Of a DNA stretch of 64,000 nucleotides, positions 59,067-64,000 are shown in pieces. Each line of letters starts with the position of its first letter. Position 1 is the stretch's first letter. The DNA lies in assembly GCA_041242255.1 (NCBI GenBank), contig JBESAV010000001.1, positions 352,001 through 416,000 on the forward strand. The letters are read 5' to 3'. Made by a program: the position numbers and the translations under genes. The notes beneath the pieces were generated by a model. The model was given only the letters and a program-made list of their open reading frames with translations. It ran no database searches and was not told the origin of the DNA. This DNA is from Candidatus Altimarinota bacterium (GTDB lineage: Bacteria > Patescibacteriota > Gracilibacteria > UBA1369 > GCA-2718715).

Positions 59067-60578
59067 TTAGTTATTAAAATAAGTTTCACTTATAGACTTC
59101 AGAGATTCTTTCACCTCATCAGTCATTTTTTTGTTTGTTTGAATTTCTTTAATCATATCAGCATTATTAGCTTCAATATGAGCTAAGAAAGATCTAATTT
59201 TCTCACCAGTCATATCTGCATCAGTAGAATCCAAGTAACCATTAGAAGCAGCATAAAGTACAAACACCATTTGCCATAGTTTGTATGGTTCATTTTGTTT
59301 TTGCTTTAGAGCTTCTACAACTCTTCTACCACGAGTAAGTTTAGATTTAGTAGCTTCATCAAGTTCAGAAGCAAACTGACTAAACGCTTCAAGTTCGTAG
59401 TACTGAGCAAGGTCAAGTTTCACAGATCCAGAAACTTTCTTCATCACATTTGTCTGTGCAGACCCACCAACCCTAGATACCGAAATACCTACATTGATCG
59501 CTGGTCTAATACCTTTGTTGAAAAGATCAGACTGCAAGAAGATTTGCCCATCAGTAATCGAGATCACATTCGTTGGAATGTAAGCCGATACATCATTAGC
59601 TTGAGTTTCAATGATTGGAAGTGCCGTGATAGAACCTCCTCCATTATCTTCGTTAAGCTTTGCAGCTCTCTCAAGAAGTCTTGAATGAAGATAGAAAACA
59701 TCCCCAGGATAAGCTTCACGCCCTGGTGGTCTTCTCAAAAGAAGTGACATCTCTCTGTATGCCACGGCATGTTTAGAAAGATCATCATAAATAACAAGTA
59801 CATCTTTACCTTTGTTCATGAAGTACTCAGCAATTGCAACCCCAGCATATGGAGCCAAGAACTGTAGTACCGCAGATGAAGCCGCTGGAGCAGAAACAAT
59901 AGTTGTATAGTCCATTGCTCCATGTTCTTCTAAAGTTTTGATAACTTGAGCAGTTTTCCCCTCACGTTGAGCGATAGATACGTATACACAGATCATATCT
60001 TCATCTTTTTGGTTGATAATTGTATCAAGCGCCACAGTAGTTTTACCAGTCTGACGATCACCAATAATCAACTCTCTTTGACCACGTCCAATCGGTACAA
60101 GCGAATCAATCGCCGCAATCCCAGTTTGAACTGGTTGATGTACAGATTTACGAGCCATTACATCTGGAGCAGGGGACTCAAGACGCATATTTTTATCAGA
60201 TTTGTATTCTCCTTTCCCATCAAGAACTTTACCAGTTGGGTCAACAACCCTCCCAGTAACAGCATCTCCAACAGGGATAGTTAAAAATTCAGAAGTAGAC
60301 TTTACGAAAAGCCCTTCTTTTACCTTCGGACTTGCTTGTAGCACAAGTGCATAAGCAGTTCCTCTCTCAATATTCATCACTAGAGCCAATGCATCAGCAC
60401 CCTCAATCTCAACAATTTCACTCATCATCAAGTTTGAAAGTCCTTTAATAGCAATAACCCCATCCTTGTATGATTCAATCACACCTTTTTCAGATGAAGA
60501 AGAGTCAGATTCTTTTGGCAAATCCGCTAGCAATTTTTCCAAATTTTCTACAAATCCATTTAGGTTTTGTGTTGCCAT
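59067..60578 (-). CDS. atpA: F-type ATP synthase alpha subunit
   Basis: GDRQTGKT and PPGREAYPGDVFYLHSRLLER. Confidence 0.98.
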   Translation of the reverse strand: MATQNLNGFVENLEKLLADLPKESDSSSSEKGVIESYKDGVIAIKGLSNLMMSEIVEIEGADALALVMNIERGTAYALVLQASPKVKEGLFVKSTSEFLTIPVGDAVTGRVVDPTGKVLDGKGEYKSDKNMRLESPAPDVMARKSVHQPVQTGIAAIDSLVPIGRGQRELIIGDRQTGKTTVALDTIINQKDEDMICVYVSIAQREGKTAQVIKTLEEHGAMDYTTIVSAPAASSAVLQFLAPYAGVAIAEYFMNKGKDVLVIYDDLSKHAVAYREMSLLLRRPPGREAYPGDVFYLHSRLLERAAKLNEDNGGGSITALPIIETQANDVSAYIPTNVISITDGQIFLQSDLFNKGIRPAINVGISVSRVGGSAQTNVMKKVSGSVKLDLAQYYELEAFSQFASELDEATKSKLTRGRRVVEALKQKQNEPYKLWQMVFVLYAASNGYLDSTDADMTGEKIRSFLAHIEANNADMIKEIQTNKKMTDEVKESLKSISETYFNN

Positions 60579-60589
60579 AAAGTTATTTA

Positions 60590-61180
60590 CTAAATATTTA
60601 AGTTTGCAATTTTTTCAATTCGTCCCATCCAGGACATATCTTGAACCTGTCCATCTACGAATACTCGCATTCCACCCAAGATTGCTTTATTAACTTGGAA
60701 CTGGACAATTACAGGCTCATCGATCTCTTTCGAAATCTTATTCATCATTTCATTCTTTTGATCAGAACCAATTCCAATTGGAGTTTGGACCAAAACAAAA
60801 GGTGAACCAAAAGCTACTTCGAGTAACTCTTGAATATTTCTAACTATTTCTTGATATGAGAAGTTCACAAGAATTTTTTTCAAAGCCTTATCAACTTCTT
60901 TCTCAACTTTCCAAATTCCTTCCACTTTTTTAACTCTCTCGTCATACGACAGAGCGTAAAATTCTCTATCTAGAGAATTCAAAGCTTCAGCAAAATCAGC
61001 AGTTAGGTATTCAATTCCTCCACGAAGTAGTTTTGATTGTTTGATAAATTTTGTATCATTACTAGAAACAAACTTAGCAACCAAAGAGATTTCCTCCAAG
61101 GTAGCATCATCCACCTTACCAGAGTCTGAAACAGACTGGCAGTGTTCTAGCAACAATCTTGTAAAATAATCATTAAACAT
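60590..61180 (-). CDS. atpH: F-type ATP synthase delta subunit (divergent)
   Basis: C-terminal VNKAILGGMRV..D.S; operon position. Confidence 0.8.
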   Translation of the reverse strand: MFNDYFTRLLLEHCQSVSDSGKVDDATLEEISLVAKFVSSNDTKFIKQSKLLRGGIEYLTADFAEALNSLDREFYALSYDERVKKVEGIWKVEKEVDKALKKILVNFSYQEIVRNIQELLEVAFGSPFVLVQTPIGIGSDQKNEMMNKISKEIDEPVIVQFQVNKAILGGMRVFVDGQVQDMSWMGRIEKIANLNI

Positions 61181-61184
61181 ATTT

Positions 61185-61685
61185 CTACTTCATAGAGTAA
61201 TTTTTCCAAGCGTCATTCACGCTGGCAGAGATTGCATCTTCAGGAACGCGATTTTCCACGACCTCAAGTACAATTTTTTGAACCACTTTAAGTAGTTCTT
61301 TTTCGACATCAGACACTAGTTTTTCTTTTCTTTCTTCAATCTCTTTTGAAGCTTTATCAAGCATTGCTGCTCTTTCTTGCTCCATTTCAGCTACTAGCTC
61401 TTTTTTCTTATCAGCAATGAAAGATTTCATTTTATCTAACTCTGCTGTAAGTTCAGCTTCTTTAGCTTTTTTTGAAGCTTCCATTTCTGAAAGCTTCTCT
61501 TGAAATTCAAGTTTAATTCTTTCAGCCTGCTCAAGTCTAGAAGTGATATTCTCACGTCTTTCATCCATAGCTGCCACAATTTTCTTGTAGAACAAGAAGT
61601 AAGTGATAGCTACAAGCAAACCAAAGTTTACTGCATAGATCAATAAACTAGCTAAGTCGATTCCGAGTGATTGGAGTCCTTGCAT
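61185..61685 (-). CDS. atpF: F-type ATP synthase b subunit
   Basis: TM with NF..L, MDER and a coiled coil. Confidence 0.9.
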   Translation of the reverse strand: MQGLQSLGIDLASLLIYAVNFGLLVAITYFLFYKKIVAAMDERRENITSRLEQAERIKLEFQEKLSEMEASKKAKEAELTAELDKMKSFIADKKKELVAEMEQERAAMLDKASKEIEERKEKLVSDVEKELLKVVQKIVLEVVENRVPEDAISASVNDAWKNYSMK

Positions 61686-61697
61686 AGTATTTTAAAA

Positions 61698-61934
61698 TTA
61701 AGATAGATCTACAAATAGAATAATTAGTGAAACTACAAGAGAGTAAATCGCAGTAGATTCACAAATCGCCATAGAAACGATCATGTTCGAGAACAATTTA
61801 TCTTGCATCTCAGGGTTTCTACCCATAGCTTCAAGAGCTTTACCAGCGATGATACCTTCACCGATACCAGAACCTACAGCTCCGATACCCATACAAATTG
61901 CAGCTGCTAAGAGCTTCATTGCACCGATTTCCAT
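61698..61934 (-). CDS. atpE: F-type ATP synthase c subunit
   Basis: GxGxGxG, RNP loop and EST..Y. Confidence 0.96.
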   Translation of the reverse strand: MEIGAMKLLAAAICMGIGAVGSGIGEGIIAGKALEAMGRNPEMQDKLFSNMIVSMAICESTAIYSLVVSLIILFVDLS

Positions 61935-61976
61935 AATATATAATGTTAAAAAATAATGAAAATTTTAAAAGAATTC

Positions 61977-62762
61977 CTAGGATTCTTGCACCGCAGTTAC
62001 CGTCCCACCTACGTATTGCACGCAGAGAAGAGGGAATACAAATGCTTGAATCAAACCAGAAAAAATACTTAAGAAGATAAACGGGATAGGTACTAACCAG
62101 AAAGTAATAGGTGCTGCAATAAACGAAATAATAACAACCATCAGCTCTCCGGCTAAAACATTACCAAACAAACGAGCTGAAAGTGATACAACTTTCGCAA
62201 TTTCACCTACTATATCAAGTAGTCCCAAGAAAAATTCTAAAAAGGCATTCGGTACATCCTTCACTGACCTTATCTTCAAAAACTCACCAACTTTAATAAA
62301 CTGACCAATATGTTTTAAAGGAGCAGTTTTTAGAGCTAAAAGATGAGACATTCCAACAATCACAAAAGCAATTGCAATTGGTAAACTAAAGTGAGCAGTT
62401 GGAGTTTTTAAAAGTTTAACTCCATCTCCTGTCACTATGTCACCAATCAATGGTAGTACATAAAATTGATTAGCCACAAAGAACATCAAGAACATTGCCA
62501 ACATTAGGGGAGTGAACTGCTTAGCTCTCTCTCGAGAACCAAATGCTGTTTCAAGATTATCAGCAAAGAAAGTAATCAAACCTTCAAGCACAACTTGCAG
62601 TCTAGAAGGAACAACTCCTACCTTTCTATTTAGTAAAACACCAACTAGCAATACAATCCCAGTCAATATCCACATAGCCAGCATTGCGTTCGTTACACCA
62701 AAAGAACCAATGTTAAATACAACATCAGGAGCAAGGCTTAAAGTTGGCATTTCAAAATTCAT
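61977..62762 (-). CDS. atpB: F-type ATP synthase a subunit
   Basis: PSRLQ, SLSARLFGN..AGE and IQAFVF. Confidence 0.96.
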   Translation of the reverse strand: MNFEMPTLSLAPDVVFNIGSFGVTNAMLAMWILTGIVLLVGVLLNRKVGVVPSRLQVVLEGLITFFADNLETAFGSRERAKQFTPLMLAMFLMFFVANQFYVLPLIGDIVTGDGVKLLKTPTAHFSLPIAIAFVIVGMSHLLALKTAPLKHIGQFIKVGEFLKIRSVKDVPNAFLEFFLGLLDIVGEIAKVVSLSARLFGNVLAGELMVVIISFIAAPITFWLVPIPFIFLSIFSGLIQAFVFPLLCVQYVGGTVTAVQES

Positions 62763-63010
62763 GATTTCTTATTTAAATTCTCAGGGAAGTTTCTAAACTT
62801 TTTATAAATTACAAATTGGGTAGTCGGAAATCCTATCAGCAAACCAGCAATCATACCCAACGGCTTAGTTCCAAAATTTACATCTACTAGATACCCCAGT
62901 CCTGCAAAAAGTGCAACTATTAAAACAGTAATAAACAAAACCCTCAAAGTTATCTGCAGATGATTTCTGCCGATCAAAACCTCTTTCATCTCTTCATTTT
63001 TCTTGTCCAT
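62759..63010 (-). CDS. AtpZ/AtpI-family protein
   Basis: GYLVD..FGTKP two-TM motif at the head of the atp operon. Confidence 0.75.
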   Translation of the reverse strand: MDKKNEEMKEVLIGRNHLQITLRVLFITVLIVALFAGLGYLVDVNFGTKPLGMIAGLLIGFPTTQFVIYKKFRNFPENLNKKS

Positions 63011-63157
63011 AAGGTTGCTATTACTGAAAGCGGCCATAGGATAAGCCCTTCCCCCCAAAAATCAAGCCCAATTATCACTCTAAAAATACATTTAACATTT
63101 TCCAACTTCCCCCAAAACAAAAATTCAACTATTCTACCCTCAAATTAAACCTATACC

Positions 63158-64000
63158 ATGAAGCTAAAACAATCTCTCAAAAACTTTCTGAAAGTATTTG
63201 TAGTATTCGCAATCATTTTTAATCTCCTTTATCTAGCCAAAATCAACTTCTCGGTTAATCACATAAAATCAAATCTAAAGGAAACAGAACAAATCACAAA
63301 CGAACTAAAAGTTTTAAAGGGTGATCTTTTTATCGACCAAAAAAACGAAGAGTCTCAAGAAAATCTTCTCTCAAGTCTGATTAGTAAGATAGAACAATAC
63401 GACTTATCCCAAACCACTGAAAACTCTAAACAAGAAATCATAGCCTTTATTCAAAACCATTCTGATTTATCCTTACCGGAGGAGTACTACACATCAAAAA
63501 ACTCAATCAATTCGTTCTCAGTTTTAAATCCTACAGATCAGAGCCTCATAACAGTTTCTTACGACAACCTATCGGAGATCCTAACACTCGAGTCATACTT
63601 GAAAACAGATACATACACCCCTTATCAGTTTCAAGCCTTTCAAGATGACCTCCAACCACTTCTCAAACAAGAATCCCTGACTCAACAAACAAAACTACAC
63701 AACAATTATCAAAGTTTTCTTCAATTAAACCAATCCATTCTAGAAGATCCAAGATTCTTAACCTTACAAGAAAAGTCGCTAGAGCAAATCCCAGCCTTCC
63801 ATTCTTCACAGACTGCTTATCTAAACTTTCTAAAACAAGGTGAAAGGATGCTTTCTATCCAGTCAGATCTAGTTACAGACACCTACAAGCTTTTCGATCA
63901 ATCAAATCAGCTCATCACCACTTCTCAGGATCAAGACTCAATAATAGACAGTCTATATAGCTCAATAGAATCAAAACAATTCCCAACAATCCTCGAAAAA
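63158..64000 (+). CDS. Membrane-anchored hypothetical protein (3' truncated by window)
   Basis: ATG 63158 MKLKQSLKNFLKVFVVFAIIFNLLYLAK...; I saw no stop before the window edge. Confidence 0.65.
   Translation, partial: MKLKQSLKNFLKVFVVFAIIFNLLYLAKINFSVNHIKSNLKETEQITNELKVLKGDLFIDQKNEESQENLLSSLISKIEQYDLSQTTENSKQEIIAFIQNHSDLSLPEEYYTSKNSINSFSVLNPTDQSLITVSYDNLSEILTLESYLKTDTYTPYQFQAFQDDLQPLLKQESLTQQTKLHNNYQSFLQLNQSILEDPRFLTLQEKSLEQIPAFHSSQTAYLNFLKQGERMLSIQSDLVTDTYKLFDQSNQLITTSQDQDSIIDSLYSSIESKQFPTILEK

Overview
Gene-dense chromosomal window from a small-genome bacterium, most consistent with Patescibacteria/CPR (Peregrinibacteria-like; this is an inference from gene style). It uses the standard genetic code: TGA acts as stop and tRNA-Gly is TCC. 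The + strand is strongly A/C-rich throughout and lagging-like. Core genes: lspA, ftsW-murG, yidD, uppP, rpsO-pnp, eno, hisS, murI, gnd-zwf-pgl, pgi-fbp, mnmA, an RND pump, a full atp operon whose c subunit has a Na+-binding signature, tRNA-fMet and tRNA-Gly. No CRISPR array, integrase, transposase or rRNA was seen. The best candidate for an undescribed system is a coupled operon (<1..4898): an SLH-anchored protein with a CxxCPC tail followed by four secreted helical proteins that each end in a near-terminal Cys. The same window has Cys-pair insertions in envelope proteins and a DsbA plus an unusual CxxC membrane partner. Other leads are a light/DNA-repair cluster with a domain-inverted photolyase fused to an extra N-terminal domain, a 1065-aa protein with an ApoL-like hydrophobic tail, an uncalled 39-aa membrane peptide behind a structured leader, and a probable ATT start codon. 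All calls come from motif reading only; no searches were run.
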